From: Flavobacteriales bacterium
GTDB taxonomy: Bacteria; Bacteroidota; Bacteroidia; Flavobacteriales_F; PHOS-HE28
Reading direction: 5' to 3'
NCBI GenBank assembly: GCA_016715895.1
Contig: JADJXH010000004.1
Location: 287,522 to 351,521 of the forward strand
DNA length: 64,000 nucleotides
A program made the position numbers and the translations under genes. Position 1 is the first letter of the stretch. Each line of letters starts with the position of its first letter. This document shows, one piece after another, positions 47,428 to 56,237 of this stretch. Under the pieces are notes generated by a model, which saw only the letters and a list, made by a program, of their open reading frames with translations, ran no database searches and was not told the origin of the DNA.

Positions 47428-48177
47428 TCACTCCTTCGTCACGCTCGCCGCCAGGTATTCCCTGTTCATGCGGGCGATGTGCTCCAAGCTGATGCCCTTG
47501 GGGCATTCCACCTCGCAGGCGCCGGTGTTGCTGCAGTTGCCGAAGCCCTCCTTGTCCATCTGGTCCACCATGGCCAGCACGCGGCGCTTGGCCTCGGGAC
47601 GACCCTGGGGCAGCAGGGCGAACTGGCTCACCTTGGCGGCCACGAAGAGCATGGCGCTGCCGTTGGGGCAGGTGGCCACGCAGGCCCCACAGCCGATGCA
47701 GGTAGCGGCGTCGAAGGCCTTATCGGCATCATCCTTCGGGATGGGCACCGCGTTGCCGTCCACCAGGTTCCCGCTGGTGTTCACACTGACGAAACCGCCG
47801 GCGGCCTGGATGCGATCGAAGGACCCGCGGTTCACGGCCAGGTCCTTGATCACGGGGAAGGCCGCGCTGCGCCAAGGCTCGATGAATATGGTGTCCCCAT
47901 CCTTGAACTTGCGCATGTGCAACTGGCAGGTGGTGATGCCGCGGCCCGGGCCGTGGGGTTCACCATTGATGAACAGGCTGCACATGCCACAGATGCCCTC
48001 GCGGCAGTCGTGGTCGAAGGCGACCGGGTCCTTGCCCTCGCGGATCAGCTGGTCGTTCAGCACGTCCAGCATCTCCAGGAAGGACATGTCCTCGGACACG
48101 TCGTTCACGGGATAGGTCTCCATGCGGCCCTTGTCGTTGGGACCGTTCTGGCGCCAGATCTTCAGTGTCAGTTTCAT
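47428..48177 (-). CDS. sdhB: Succinate dehydrogenase/fumarate reductase iron-sulfur subunit
   Basis: 2Fe-2S and 4Fe-4S/3Fe-4S Cys clusters: '[17 protein letters not shown]', '[15 protein letters not shown]', '[15 protein letters not shown]'. Confidence 0.9.
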   Translation of the reverse strand: MKLTLKIWRQNGPNDKGRMETYPVNDVSEDMSFLEMLDVLNDQLIREGKDPVAFDHDCREGICGMCSLFINGEPHGPGRGITTCQLHMRKFKDGDTIFIEPWRSAAFPVIKDLAVNRGSFDRIQAAGGFVSVNTSGNLVDGNAVPIPKDDADKAFDAATCIGCGACVATCPNGSAMLFVAAKVSQFALLPQGRPEAKRRVLAMVDQMDKEGFGNCSNTGACEVECPKGISLEHIARMNREYLAASVTKE

Positions 48178-48207
48178 GGTGAATGGTCAATGGTGAATGG
48201 CGAATGG
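48178..48207. repeat. Heptad-repeat arm (GGTGAATGG TCAATGG TGAATGG CGAATGG), inverted partner of 48699..48727
   Basis: Starts 1 nt after the sdhB ATG and ends 7 nt before the stop of the four-helix-bundle gene. Built from 7-mer units xGAATGG. Confidence 0.8.
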
Positions 48208-48214
48208 GCAGGCC

Positions 48215-48679
48215 TCATCTGCCATCACGGTCCTTGCGAAGTGATTCGTAACGGGCCTCGATCTTCACGATCATTTTGTTCAACATCCGCGCTATCGAGG
48301 TGAGGCGAGATGTGATCGGCGTAGGGTCCAAGCGGAGCTTGCGGTATAGCCGACGAGCAAGTTCCAGATGTGTTTCGAGCTCGTACAGTGAACCACGCGT
48401 GATCCGGAGGTAACTGAGCAGTTGGCGATCACTACTGGTGCCGCGGCCCCATCCTTCTGCGATGTTGGCAGGCATGGAAACCGCCGCCCGGCACATTTGG
48501 CTGACCAGGCCGAAACGCTCCTCGTTGGGCAGCAGCGCCGCGAACTCATACACCATCTCTGTGGTGTCCATGGAGTGTTGCCAGATGATGAGGTCACGGT
48601 AGCTGCTGATGGACCCATAGGGCTCGTTCGGCTCCTCCACGCAGAGTTCATTGAAGGCATCCAATCGTTCCTGGCTCAT
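48215..48679 (-). CDS. Four-helix-bundle protein (23S rRNA intervening-sequence-protein family, TIGR02436/PF05635-like)
   Basis: 154 aa from MSQERLDAF. All-helical, with 'ANIAEGWGR' and 'LRITRGSLYELETHLELA' motifs typical of this family. Visibly lower GC than the flanking sdh genes. The 89-codon N-terminal extension in the ORF track is rejected. Confidence 0.7.
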   Translation of the reverse strand: MSQERLDAFNELCVEEPNEPYGSISSYRDLIIWQHSMDTTEMVYEFAALLPNEERFGLVSQMCRAAVSMPANIAEGWGRGTSSDRQLLSYLRITRGSLYELETHLELARRLYRKLRLDPTPITSRLTSIARMLNKMIVKIEARYESLRKDRDGR

Positions 48680-48698
48680 GTCAGCTCCGGGTATTTCC

Positions 48699-48727
48699 CA
48701 TTCACCATTGACCTTTCGCCATTCACC
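48699..48727. repeat. Heptad-repeat arm (reverse-complement orientation: CCATTCACC ATTGACC TTTCGCC ATTCACC)
   Basis: Overlaps the sdhA stop codon by 1 nt. Its reverse complement GGTGAATGG CGAAAGG TCAATGG TGAATGG uses the same units as the left arm in permuted order. Confidence 0.8.
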
Positions 48728-50742
48728 TACTTGTAGCTCCGCTGCGTCAGTTTCACCTCCTCGAAGGTCAGCGGCTCCTTGTGCAGCTCGGCCTTGCCGG
48801 CCTCGCCCAGCCACTCCCAGGCGGCCACGTAGGCGAAGTTGGCGTCGTCGCGCTTGGCCTCGCCCTGCTGCGGCCCCTCCATCTCCTGGTACTCCTCGCG
48901 GAAATGGCCGCCACAACTCTCGTTGCGGTGCAGTGCATCCATGCACATCAGCTCACCCAGCTCCAGGAAGTCGGCCACGCGACCGGCCTTCTCCAGTTCC
49001 TGGTTGAACTCGTCGGCCTTGCCGGGTACGCGCACATCCTTCCAGAACTCTTCACGGATCTGGCGGATCTCCTGGATGGCCTCCTTCAGGCCCTGCTCGT
49101 TGCGCGCCATGCCGCACTTGTCCCACATCACCTTGCCCAGTCGGCGGTGGAACTCATCCACCGGCTTGGTGCCCTTGTTGTTGATGAAGTGGTTGATGCG
49201 GTCGGTCACCTCCTTCTCGGCGGCGTCGAACTCGGGACGCTTGGTGTCGATGGGGCCGGTGCGGATGTCGTCGGCCAGGTAATCGCCCACGGTGTAGGGG
49301 ATCACGAAGTAGCCGTCGGCCAGGCCCTGCATCAGCGCTGAGGCACCGAGGCGATTGGCGCCGTGGTCGCTGAAGTTGGCCTCGCCCAGCGCGAAGAGGC
49401 CCGGTACGGTGGTCTGCAGGTTGTAATCCACCCACAGGCCGCCCATGGTGTAGTGCACGGCGGGGTAGATCTTCATCGGCTCCTTATAGGGGTTCTCGCC
49501 GACGATGTTCTCGTACATGTCGAAGAGGTTCCCGTACTTCTCGCTCACGACCGCCTCGCCCAGCTCGCGGATCTTCTCCTTGCTGGGGTTCTCCAGCTTC
49601 AGGATGTTCGCCTGGAGCTTGCCGTAGCGCTCGATGGCCGCGCTGAAGTCCAGGTAAACGGCCTCACCGGTCTTGTTCACGCCGAAGCCCGCATCGCAAC
49701 GCTCCTTGGCGGCACGGCTGGCCACGTCACGCGGTACCAGGTTGCCGAAAGCCGGGTAGCGGCGCTCCAGGTAGTAGTCGCGGTCGGCCTCGGGGATGTC
49801 GCTGCCCTTCTTCTTCCCTTCGCGGATGGCCTTGGCATCCTCCAACTTGGCCGGCACCCAGATGCGGCCGTCGTTGCGGAGCGACTCCGACATCAGCGTG
49901 AGCTTGCTCTGGTGCGTGCCGCTCACCGGAATGCAGGTGGGGTGGATCTGCGTGTAGCAGGGGTTGCCGAAGAAGGCCCCGCGCTTGTGCGCCTTCCACG
50001 CGGCGGTGACGTTGCTGCCCATGGCGTTCGTGCTCAGGAAGAACACGTTGCCGTAGCCGCCGGTGCACAGGAGCACCGCGTGCGCGCCGTGCCGCTCGAT
50101 CTCGCCGGTGATCAGGTTGCGGGCGATGATGCCGCGCGCCTTGCCGTCCACGACCACCACATCGAGCATCTCGTGTCGGTCGTACATCTTCACCGTGCCC
50201 TTGCCCACCTGGCGCATCAGCGCGCTGTAGGCACCGAGCAGCAGCTGCTGGCCGGTCTGTCCGCGGGCATAGAAGGTGCGGCTCACCTGCACCCCGCCGA
50301 AGGAGCGGTTGTCCAGCAGTCCGCCGTAGTCGCGGGCGAAGGGCACTCCCTGCGCGACGCACTGGTCGATGATGTTCGCGCTCACCTCGGCCAGGCGGTA
50401 CACATTGGCCTCGCGGGCCCGGTAATCGCCGCCCTTCACGGTGTCGTAGAACAGACGGTACACACTGTCACCGTCGTTCATGTAGTTCTTGGCGGCGTTG
50501 ATACCCCCCTGCGCGGCGATGCTGTGGGCGCGGCGGGCGCTGTCCTGGAAGCAGAAGGCCTTCACGTTGTAGCCCATCTCCGCCAACGAGGCCGCGGCGG
50601 CACCACCGGCCAGGCCGGTGCCCACCACGATGACATCGATGCGGCGCTTGTTCGCAGGCGCCACGATGCGCATGTGCCCCTTGTGGTAGGTCCACTTCTT
50701 GTCGATGGGACCGGGAGGGATCTTGCTGTCGAGCTTGCTCAT
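48727..50742 (-). CDS. sdhA: Succinate dehydrogenase/fumarate reductase flavoprotein subunit
   Basis: FAD-binding '[21 protein letters not shown]'. Covalent-FAD histidine context '[15 protein letters not shown]'. 671 aa. Confidence 0.9.
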   Translation of the reverse strand: MSKLDSKIPPGPIDKKWTYHKGHMRIVAPANKRRIDVIVVGTGLAGGAAAASLAEMGYNVKAFCFQDSARRAHSIAAQGGINAAKNYMNDGDSVYRLFYDTVKGGDYRAREANVYRLAEVSANIIDQCVAQGVPFARDYGGLLDNRSFGGVQVSRTFYARGQTGQQLLLGAYSALMRQVGKGTVKMYDRHEMLDVVVVDGKARGIIARNLITGEIERHGAHAVLLCTGGYGNVFFLSTNAMGSNVTAAWKAHKRGAFFGNPCYTQIHPTCIPVSGTHQSKLTLMSESLRNDGRIWVPAKLEDAKAIREGKKKGSDIPEADRDYYLERRYPAFGNLVPRDVASRAAKERCDAGFGVNKTGEAVYLDFSAAIERYGKLQANILKLENPSKEKIRELGEAVVSEKYGNLFDMYENIVGENPYKEPMKIYPAVHYTMGGLWVDYNLQTTVPGLFALGEANFSDHGANRLGASALMQGLADGYFVIPYTVGDYLADDIRTGPIDTKRPEFDAAEKEVTDRINHFINNKGTKPVDEFHRRLGKVMWDKCGMARNEQGLKEAIQEIRQIREEFWKDVRVPGKADEFNQELEKAGRVADFLELGELMCMDALHRNESCGGHFREEYQEMEGPQQGEAKRDDANFAYVAAWEWLGEAGKAELHKEPLTFEEVKLTQRSYK

Positions 50743-50770
50743 GGAATTGCGGACGGATCTAAGGGAAGGA

Positions 50771-51448
50771 TCAACCGGGGAAAGCGAACATCCACACCGG
50801 GATGAGGGCGAAGAGGATGGGCACCACCACGCCGAAGAACACCCCCACGTTCTTGATGATCGGGGTGTAGCGCGGATGGTTCAGGCCCAGGCTCTGGAAG
50901 GCGCTCTGGAACCCGTGCAGCAGGTGGAAGCCCAGCACGGCCATGGCCACCACATAGAACAGCACGTACAGGGGCTGCTGGAAGGCGGCCGCCACCACGG
51001 TGAAGAGGTCGGTGTTGCCCTCGGCATCCATCGGCAGGCCACCCCAGTGCATCTCGTACCAGAAGTGCTTCATGTGCATCACGATGAACACCAGCAGCAA
51101 GGTGCCCAACAGCGCCATCTGGCCGCTGTACCAGGTGCGGTTGGCGGAAGGCTTCTCCTTCACGTAACGGGTTGGACGGGCCTGGCGGTTCTGCATGGCC
51201 AGCAGGATGCCGTCAAAGGCGTGGAACAGGATGCTGAAGTAGAGCAGGTAGCTTACCACCTTGATCAACGGGAAGGTGGTCATGAACTTGGCGTAGGCGT
51301 TGAACTTCAGCCTGCCTTCCGGGCTGGCGTCCAGCAACTGCAGGTTGCCGGCCAGATGGATCACCAGGAACAGGCAAAGGAAAAGGCCCGTGAGGGCCAT
51401 CCAATACTTCTTCGTGAGGGAGGAACCGAGGAGGGCTGTTCGTGCCAT
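50771..51448 (-). CDS. sdhC: Succinate dehydrogenase cytochrome b558-type membrane subunit
   Basis: Five TM helices with conserved His ligands ('HLAGNLQLL', 'HAFDGILLA', 'HMKHFW', '[10 protein letters not shown]'). Immediately upstream of sdhA. Confidence 0.8.
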   Translation of the reverse strand: MARTALLGSSLTKKYWMALTGLFLCLFLVIHLAGNLQLLDASPEGRLKFNAYAKFMTTFPLIKVVSYLLYFSILFHAFDGILLAMQNRQARPTRYVKEKPSANRTWYSGQMALLGTLLLVFIVMHMKHFWYEMHWGGLPMDAEGNTDLFTVVAAAFQQPLYVLFYVVAMAVLGFHLLHGFQSAFQSLGLNHPRYTPIIKNVGVFFGVVVPILFALIPVWMFAFPG

Positions 51449-51486
51449 GTCTTCTTAACAGCGAACCACTGAGGTTCGTTCGGCCG

Positions 51487-51494
51487 CAAACTTA
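51487..51494 (-). promoter_or_regulatory. Candidate Bacteroidota sigma-A -7 element (TAAGTTTG = TAnnTTTG) ~39 nt upstream of the sdhC ATG
   Basis: Reverse complement of 51487..51494 reads TAAGTTTG. No clean -33 TTG at the expected spacing, so this is weak. Confidence 0.3.
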
Positions 51495-51595
51495 CGGGGC
51501 GAGCGGTTGGCATGGAAGCCGAGGGGGGTGCGTCCCTTGTTTAGAACGGTTCTGATCAGGGCTGCCGCCGCCAATGGCAGATGGTCGGGCACGGC

Positions 51596-52018
51596 TTACT
51601 GACCTGGGTAGGCCTTCCGCGTGGCCGCGATGGACCGCTTGATCATCGCCTTCAACACCCTCAGGTCGATGTCGGCCAGGCGCTTCACGTACAAGCAGCC
51701 CTTCGTGGCCTTGTGCTTCCCCAGTTTGGCCAGCACCTCCGGCTCCAAGGCCTCCTGGCCCAGGTAGATGACCAGCTCCGGCTTGCGCGGGCTGAAGGCC
51801 GCGAGGGGCGCGCTGCCCGAATGACCGCTGGCGTAAGTGTAGTGGTAGGTTCCGAAGCCGATGATTGACGGGCCGTACATGTGGGGCTGCTCGCCGGTCA
51901 GCTCCTGCATCAGATTCACAAGCACCCGGCTGTCATCGCGCATCTCCTCCTTGGGGTGCTTGTCGATGAAAGCCTCCACATTAGCGGTGGTGGCCTGGGT
52001 CTTGTTGGCCTTCGCCAT
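51596..52018 (-). CDS. DUF1801 (YdhG-like) domain protein
   Basis: 140 aa. 'VEAFIDKHPKEEMRDDSRVLVNLMQELTGEQPHMYGPSIIGFG' and 'GCLYVKRLADIDLRVLKAMI' match the DUF1801 layout. Confidence 0.55.
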   Translation of the reverse strand: MAKANKTQATTANVEAFIDKHPKEEMRDDSRVLVNLMQELTGEQPHMYGPSIIGFGTYHYTYASGHSGSAPLAAFSPRKPELVIYLGQEALEPEVLAKLGKHKATKGCLYVKRLADIDLRVLKAMIKRSIAATRKAYPGQ

Positions 52019-52021
52019 GGC

Positions 52022-52294
52022 TCAGAACTGCTTGTCCAGCTCGACGTACTGCACCTGGGCCATGTGCGGGAAGTAGGGCAGGGTGCCGATCAGCTCCTTC
52101 GCCCGGCCCAACTCCACCCCGCTCAGGAGCAGGAACGCCCCCGTCCGGTCGGTGCTGATGAAGAAGCTCTCGAGGAGCCCCTCCTCCTTCCACCGGTTGA
52201 CGAACTCCATCTCCACCTTCTGTAGCTCCGGGGTGGCCCGGATGTGCGCCATGCCTTCGGGGGAAAGGGAGATGGAGACGAGGATGCGTTTCAT
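52022..52294 (-). CDS. Small muconolactone-isomerase-like (dimeric alpha/beta barrel) protein
   Basis: 90 aa. 'LIGTLPYFPHMAQVQYVEL' resembles the MIase 'LPLFPYMDIEV' region. Tentative. Confidence 0.35.
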   Translation of the reverse strand: MKRILVSISLSPEGMAHIRATPELQKVEMEFVNRWKEEGLLESFFISTDRTGAFLLLSGVELGRAKELIGTLPYFPHMAQVQYVELDKQF

Positions 52295-52538
52295 CGGGAT
52301 CGGGTTGGACGGGGCAAGAATAAGGAGCGGAGGTGATGAAGGTGGTATGGCCCCATGTGGTCAGTAATCCTGGGGATGATGTGCCGCGTGAGGGATAGGA
52401 GCAAGTAGCCCGCACCCCGAGGCTTTGCGAGGGGGAGGACTACTGCGGATAGCCCGACGGCGCGCTCCCGAGCGGAGGCTTTGCGCAGCGAAGGGACGGC
52501 GCCGGCACGCCCAGAACAAGCCTCAAGTCACAAAGCTA

Positions 52539-53654
52539 TTGATCCGGCATTCATGATCTGGACTCAGGCTGCGTAACGAACGGTGTCTTTCTGGAACAGT
52601 GCGATGATGCGCTTGGGGTGTCGCTGGAGGGAACGCAGGAAGCGTGATGTGAAGAGTTCAAGCTGCCCCTTCTTGCGTGCTGGAGCGTGCTTGGTGACGG
52701 CATCCTTCAGCGCTGCGTTCGCTACTTCCACCGGGTTGAGTTCGGGCGAATAACTCGGCAGGTGGAAGACCTCGATGCTCTCCAGATGCTCCTCGAGCCA
52801 TTCCTTGACCGGCTTGCTGTGGTGGACCCTGAGGTTGTCCAAGATCAGGAACACCTTGTTGTCGCTATCCTTGACCAGTCTTCTCAGAAAGCCGATCAGG
52901 ATGCTGCTGTTCAGTGCGCCCTTGAAGACCATCCAGCGCATTTCCCCGCGATTGGTCACCGTGGAGATCACCGAACAGCCGTGGCGGTTGTGGTTCACCC
53001 TGACCACGGGAGTGTGGCCTCGCAGGGAGTAGCTGCGCCCGCGAACGTCATCACTGCGCAGACCGGTCTCATCGCCCCAGTGGATCACGGCACCTTCAGC
53101 CTTGGCACGTGCACGGATGGCCGGATAATCCTCGTGCAGCCACTTGCGCACCGCCTCCGGTCGCTGCTCGTAGGCCTTGCGCAGTGGCTTCTGCGGCGTA
53201 AATCCCCAGCGCTCCAGATAGAGCCCCACACTGCGTATGGCCAGCTTGCGGTCGTAGCGCCGCTCGATCAGCTCGCGCACCGCTTGCCGGTTCCACAACG
53301 CATAAGGCATTTTCAACTGATCGGGCGTTCTGTCACGGATCAGCCGTTGTGTCTCCTTCTCCTGCTCACTTGTCAGGATGCGTCCCTTGCCCACCGGGCG
53401 ACCGGTCTTCCACACACGAATGGCCTTCCAGCCACCGGCCTTGTACCGTTGCCAGGCTTCGTTCACCGTGTTGCGGGACATGCCACAGAGTTCGGCCGTT
53501 TCCTTCAGGCCCATGCCCTTGAGCCTGCATTGCACCGCCTGCCTACGACGCTCATTGAGCTCGGGCATCGACAGCTTCCTGGAGTCGTTCTCGCGCATGC
53601 CTCGGCAAGATCCACAGATCGTGCCGATCGTCCGCTATATCGATGCCGGATCAA
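52539..53654 (-). mobile_element. IS630-family insertion sequence (1,116 bp) with 12-bp terminal inverted repeats and TA target-site duplication
   Basis: Ends TTGATCCGGCAT (52539..52550) and ATGCCGGATCAA (53643..53654). Each is flanked by TA (52537-38 and 53655-56), the hallmark IS630/Tc1 target duplication. Interior is a single DDE transposase gene. Lower GC than the flanks. Confidence 0.75.
52564..53598 (-). CDS. IS630-family transposase (N-terminal HTH + DDE_3 domain)
   Basis: 344 aa. HTH 'ELCGMSRNTVNEAWQRYKAGG'. DDE_3 motifs 'VIHWGDETGLRSDD', 'FLILDNLRVHHSKPVKEWL', 'FHLPSYSPELNPVEVANAALK'. Confidence 0.85.
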   Translation of the reverse strand: MRENDSRKLSMPELNERRRQAVQCRLKGMGLKETAELCGMSRNTVNEAWQRYKAGGWKAIRVWKTGRPVGKGRILTSEQEKETQRLIRDRTPDQLKMPYALWNRQAVRELIERRYDRKLAIRSVGLYLERWGFTPQKPLRKAYEQRPEAVRKWLHEDYPAIRARAKAEGAVIHWGDETGLRSDDVRGRSYSLRGHTPVVRVNHNRHGCSVISTVTNRGEMRWMVFKGALNSSILIGFLRRLVKDSDNKVFLILDNLRVHHSKPVKEWLEEHLESIEVFHLPSYSPELNPVEVANAALKDAVTKHAPARKKGQLELFTSRFLRSLQRHPKRIIALFQKDTVRYAA

Positions 53655-53774
53655 TAAAGCCCCAAGCTTCAAAGGCGTGCCTTGGGCCTTGATGCTTGTA
53701 GCTTGAGAATTGAAGCTTCGCTCCCTCCCCTACCTTCGCCCTATTCACCTACGCCGAGGCTTCGGCGAATTACA

Positions 53775-55079
53775 ATGCGATACACACCGCTCTCTGCGTC
53801 CACCTACCGCGAGCACCGCGCCCGTTTCCGCCAGCACCTGGAGAAAGGGGGTCTGGCCGTGTTCCACAGCAACGACATCATGCCCACCAGCGCCGATGGC
53901 ACGATGCCGTTCAAGCAGGCCAGCGACATCTTCTACCTCACCGGCATCGACCAGGAGGAGACGATCCTGCTGCTGTTCCCTGATGCGGTGGACCCGAAGG
54001 ACCGCGAGATCCTCTTCGTGCGCGAGACCAGCGAGCTGATCGCGATCTGGGAGGGCGCCAAGTTCAGCCAGCAGGAGGCACGCGACCTGAGCGGCATCGC
54101 CACCGTGCTGTGGACGAGCAGCTACGAGGCCACGATCAAGCGCCTGGTGCCGCAGTGCGAGCACCTGTACCTGAACAGCAACGAGCACCTGCGCCAGCAC
54201 AACGAGGTGGAGACGCGCGAGGACCGCAAGAACAAGGAACTGCGCGCCCAGTACCCGCTGCACAGCGTGAAGCGCAGCGCGCCGATCATGCACCGCATCC
54301 GCAGCCGCAAGACGCAGGAGGAAGTGGCGCAGATGAAGCGCGCGATCGCCATCACCGGCAAGGCCTTCGAGCGGGTGTGCGGCTTCGTGAAGCCCGGCGT
54401 GAAGGAGTACGAGATCGAAGCGGAGATCACGCACGAGTTCCTGCGCAACGGCTCACGCGGCCATGCCTACACGCCCATCATCGCCAGCGGCTACAACGCC
54501 TGCGTGCTGCACTACATCACCAACGACCAGGTGTGCATCGATGGCGATGTGATCCTGATGGACTTCGGCAGCGAGTACGGCGGCTACGCCAGCGACCTCA
54601 CCCGCTGCATCCCCGTGAACGGCCGCTTCACCGACCGCCAGCGCGCGGTGTACAACGCCGTGCTCCGCGTGAAGAACGAAGCCACGCAACTGCTGCGTCC
54701 CGGCACCCTGCTGGCCGACTACCACAAGGAAGTGGGGAAGATCATGGAGAGCGAGCTGATCGGCCTGGGCCTGCTGGACAAGACCGATGTGGCGAAGCAG
54801 GACCCCGAGCGTCCGCTGTACAAGAAGTACTTCATGCACGGCACCAGCCACTTCCTGGGCCTGGATGTGCACGATGTGGGCCTGTGGAACGAGATGATCC
54901 AGCCGGACATGGTCTTCACCGTGGAGCCGGGCATCTACATCCGCGAGGAGAAGCTGGGCATCCGCTTGGAGAACAACATCCTGGTGACGCGCGACAACCC
55001 GATCGACCTGTTCGCGGACATCCCCGTGGAGGCGGAGGCGGTGGAGGAGTTGATGAGCCGGAGGAAGGTTGAGGCGTGA
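53775..55079 (+). CDS. pepP: Xaa-Pro aminopeptidase (M24B family, PepP-like)
   Basis: Creatinase/prolidase N-domain, then the M24 pita-bread metal-binding motifs 'DFGSEYGGYASDLTR', 'HGTSHFLGLDVHD', 'VFTVEPGIY'. Start trimmed to MRYTPLSAST. Confidence 0.85.
   Translation: MRYTPLSASTYREHRARFRQHLEKGGLAVFHSNDIMPTSADGTMPFKQASDIFYLTGIDQEETILLLFPDAVDPKDREILFVRETSELIAIWEGAKFSQQEARDLSGIATVLWTSSYEATIKRLVPQCEHLYLNSNEHLRQHNEVETREDRKNKELRAQYPLHSVKRSAPIMHRIRSRKTQEEVAQMKRAIAITGKAFERVCGFVKPGVKEYEIEAEITHEFLRNGSRGHAYTPIIASGYNACVLHYITNDQVCIDGDVILMDFGSEYGGYASDLTRCIPVNGRFTDRQRAVYNAVLRVKNEATQLLRPGTLLADYHKEVGKIMESELIGLGLLDKTDVAKQDPERPLYKKYFMHGTSHFLGLDVHDVGLWNEMIQPDMVFTVEPGIYIREEKLGIRLENNILVTRDNPIDLFADIPVEAEAVEELMSRRKVEA
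54966..55079. repeat. Direct repeat copy 1 (authentic 3' end of pepP incl. TGA)
   Basis: About 112 bp, ~96% identical to 56106..56217 (55-nt identical run, then 2 mismatches, a 38-nt identical run, 2 mismatches, then 'aggcgtga'). Confidence 0.85.
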
Positions 55080-55408
55080 GCGGCTCTGCTCTCCGGGTTC
55101 GTGGCATCGTTCGGAACGTGGGACGCACACTACAGTTCCTGCAACTGGGGCTCATCCTGTTCTTCGTGTACCACATCGTGGACGCATTCATCACGCCGTA
55201 TCAAAGCGAGTGGCTCACGGCTGAAGCCTTTGTACCCGGGCTTATCCTCGCGATCCTCTTCTACAGCTTCTGTCTGCTGGTCACCCAATGGGTCGTCGTG
55301 TTCGCGGAACACCGGCTTGCTTGGTTGCTCTTGATCCCGATCGCGGTGGTCACGCTGGTGCCCTTTGCACTCCTCCTGCTGGAGCCGATACGCGTGATGG
55401 GCGCGTGA
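55076..55408 (+). CDS. Small 3-TM membrane protein (hypothetical), first gene of the inserted cassette
   Basis: GTG start overlapping the pepP stop (GTGA). Three hydrophobic helices (LQLGLILFFVYHIV, FVPGLILAILFYSFCLLV, LAWLLLIPIAVVTLVPFALLLL). Confidence 0.45.
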   Translation: MSGSALRVRGIVRNVGRTLQFLQLGLILFFVYHIVDAFITPYQSEWLTAEAFVPGLILAILFYSFCLLVTQWVVVFAEHRLAWLLLIPIAVVTLVPFALLLLEPIRVMGA

Positions 55409-55446
55409 TCGCGCATGAGCCCTAGCATTGCATTTAACTTCGCTCC

Positions 55447-55776
55447 ATGCTCGCCGACCTGATCAACGGCCATCGTCAACAGTTCATCGACCTGTGCAAG
55501 GCGCACCGGGTAAAGGAACTGTATGCCTTTGGATCGGCGGTCAACGGCCCGTTCACGGCGCAGAGCGACGTGGACCTGTTGGTGGAGATCGAGCTGGACA
55601 ACCCCGTGGAGGATGGTGAACGGCTATGGTCGTTCTGGGATCGGATGGAAGCGTTCTTCCAGCGCAAGGTGGACCTGCTTACGCCCCGCTCTTTACAGAA
55701 CCCGGTGAAGAAGCGCGCCATCGAGGCCTCCAAGAAGCTGATCTACGATGGAGCGACTGGACGGCTACTATGCTGA
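55447..55776 (+). CDS. Nucleotidyltransferase (Pol-beta superfamily, MNT-type antitoxin)
   Basis: 'LYAFGSAVNGPFTAQSDVDLLVE' is the GSx9-13DxD minimal NTase motif. 109 aa. 3' end overlaps the HepT start. Confidence 0.75.
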   Translation: MLADLINGHRQQFIDLCKAHRVKELYAFGSAVNGPFTAQSDVDLLVEIELDNPVEDGERLWSFWDRMEAFFQRKVDLLTPRSLQNPVKKRAIEASKKLIYDGATGRLLC

Positions 55777-56086
55777 TATCCTTCGGGCCATTGACCTGAT
55801 CGAGGCCTTCATGGCCCAGGGGAATGTCTCCTCGTTCGAGGCATACACCCGGCACGCACTGGTGAAGAGCGCCGTGGAGCGCCAGCTTGGCATCATCGGT
55901 GAAGCAGTGAACAAGATCCGGAAGCTCGACCCGTCACATCCGATCCCCGAGGCGGACCGCATCGTGCAGTTCAGGAACCGGTTGATCCATTCGTACGATA
56001 CGATCGACGACACGTTCGTGTGGCCCATCCTCCAGAAGCACCTACCTGCTTTGAAGAACGCCATTCAGCAGGCGCGGAAGAGCTGA
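55748..56086 (+). CDS. HepT-like (DUF86) RNase toxin
   Basis: 112 aa, all-helical. Rx4HxY active-site motif 'RNRLIHSYD' near the C-terminus. Overlaps the MNT gene by 29 nt, the typical MNT-HepT arrangement. Confidence 0.75.
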   Translation: MERLDGYYADILRAIDLIEAFMAQGNVSSFEAYTRHALVKSAVERQLGIIGEAVNKIRKLDPSHPIPEADRIVQFRNRLIHSYDTIDDTFVWPILQKHLPALKNAIQQARKS

Positions 56087-56105
56087 ACACCTAGGGCAAA
56101 CGCGT

Positions 56106-56217
56106 GGAGAACAACATCCTGGTGACGCGCGACAACCCGATCGACCTGTTCGCGGACATTCCGGTGGAGGCGGAGGCGGTGGAGGAGTTGATGAGCCGGA
56201 GGAAGGTAGAGGCGTGA
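56106..56217. repeat. Direct repeat copy 2 (duplicate of the pepP 3' end, downstream of the cassette)
   Basis: See copy 1. Would encode the last 36 aa of PepP plus TGA. No upstream ORF continues into it in frame. Confidence 0.85.
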
Positions 56218-56237
56218 TCCGCTCCTCCATGCACCAG

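Noticed and set aside
48680-48946. 89-codon Arg/Gly-rich N-terminal extension of the four-helix-bundle ORF
   Set aside because: It runs through the inverted-repeat arm and into the antisense of the sdhA 3' end. The family is ~120-160 aa, and the ATG at 48679 gives the conserved length.
52295-52536. Possible tRNA or small RNA in the spacer left of IS630
   Set aside because: No cloverleaf-compatible stems or conserved T-loop (GTTCRANYC) found. Only short reiterated GAGGCTTTGCG motifs. Kept as an unexplained spacer in the findings.
54966-56217. Integrase or recombinase expected next to the 112-bp direct repeats
   Set aside because: None of the three cassette ORFs (3-TM, MNT, HepT) or the neighbours has tyrosine- or serine-recombinase motifs. 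The insertion mechanism therefore remains inferred.
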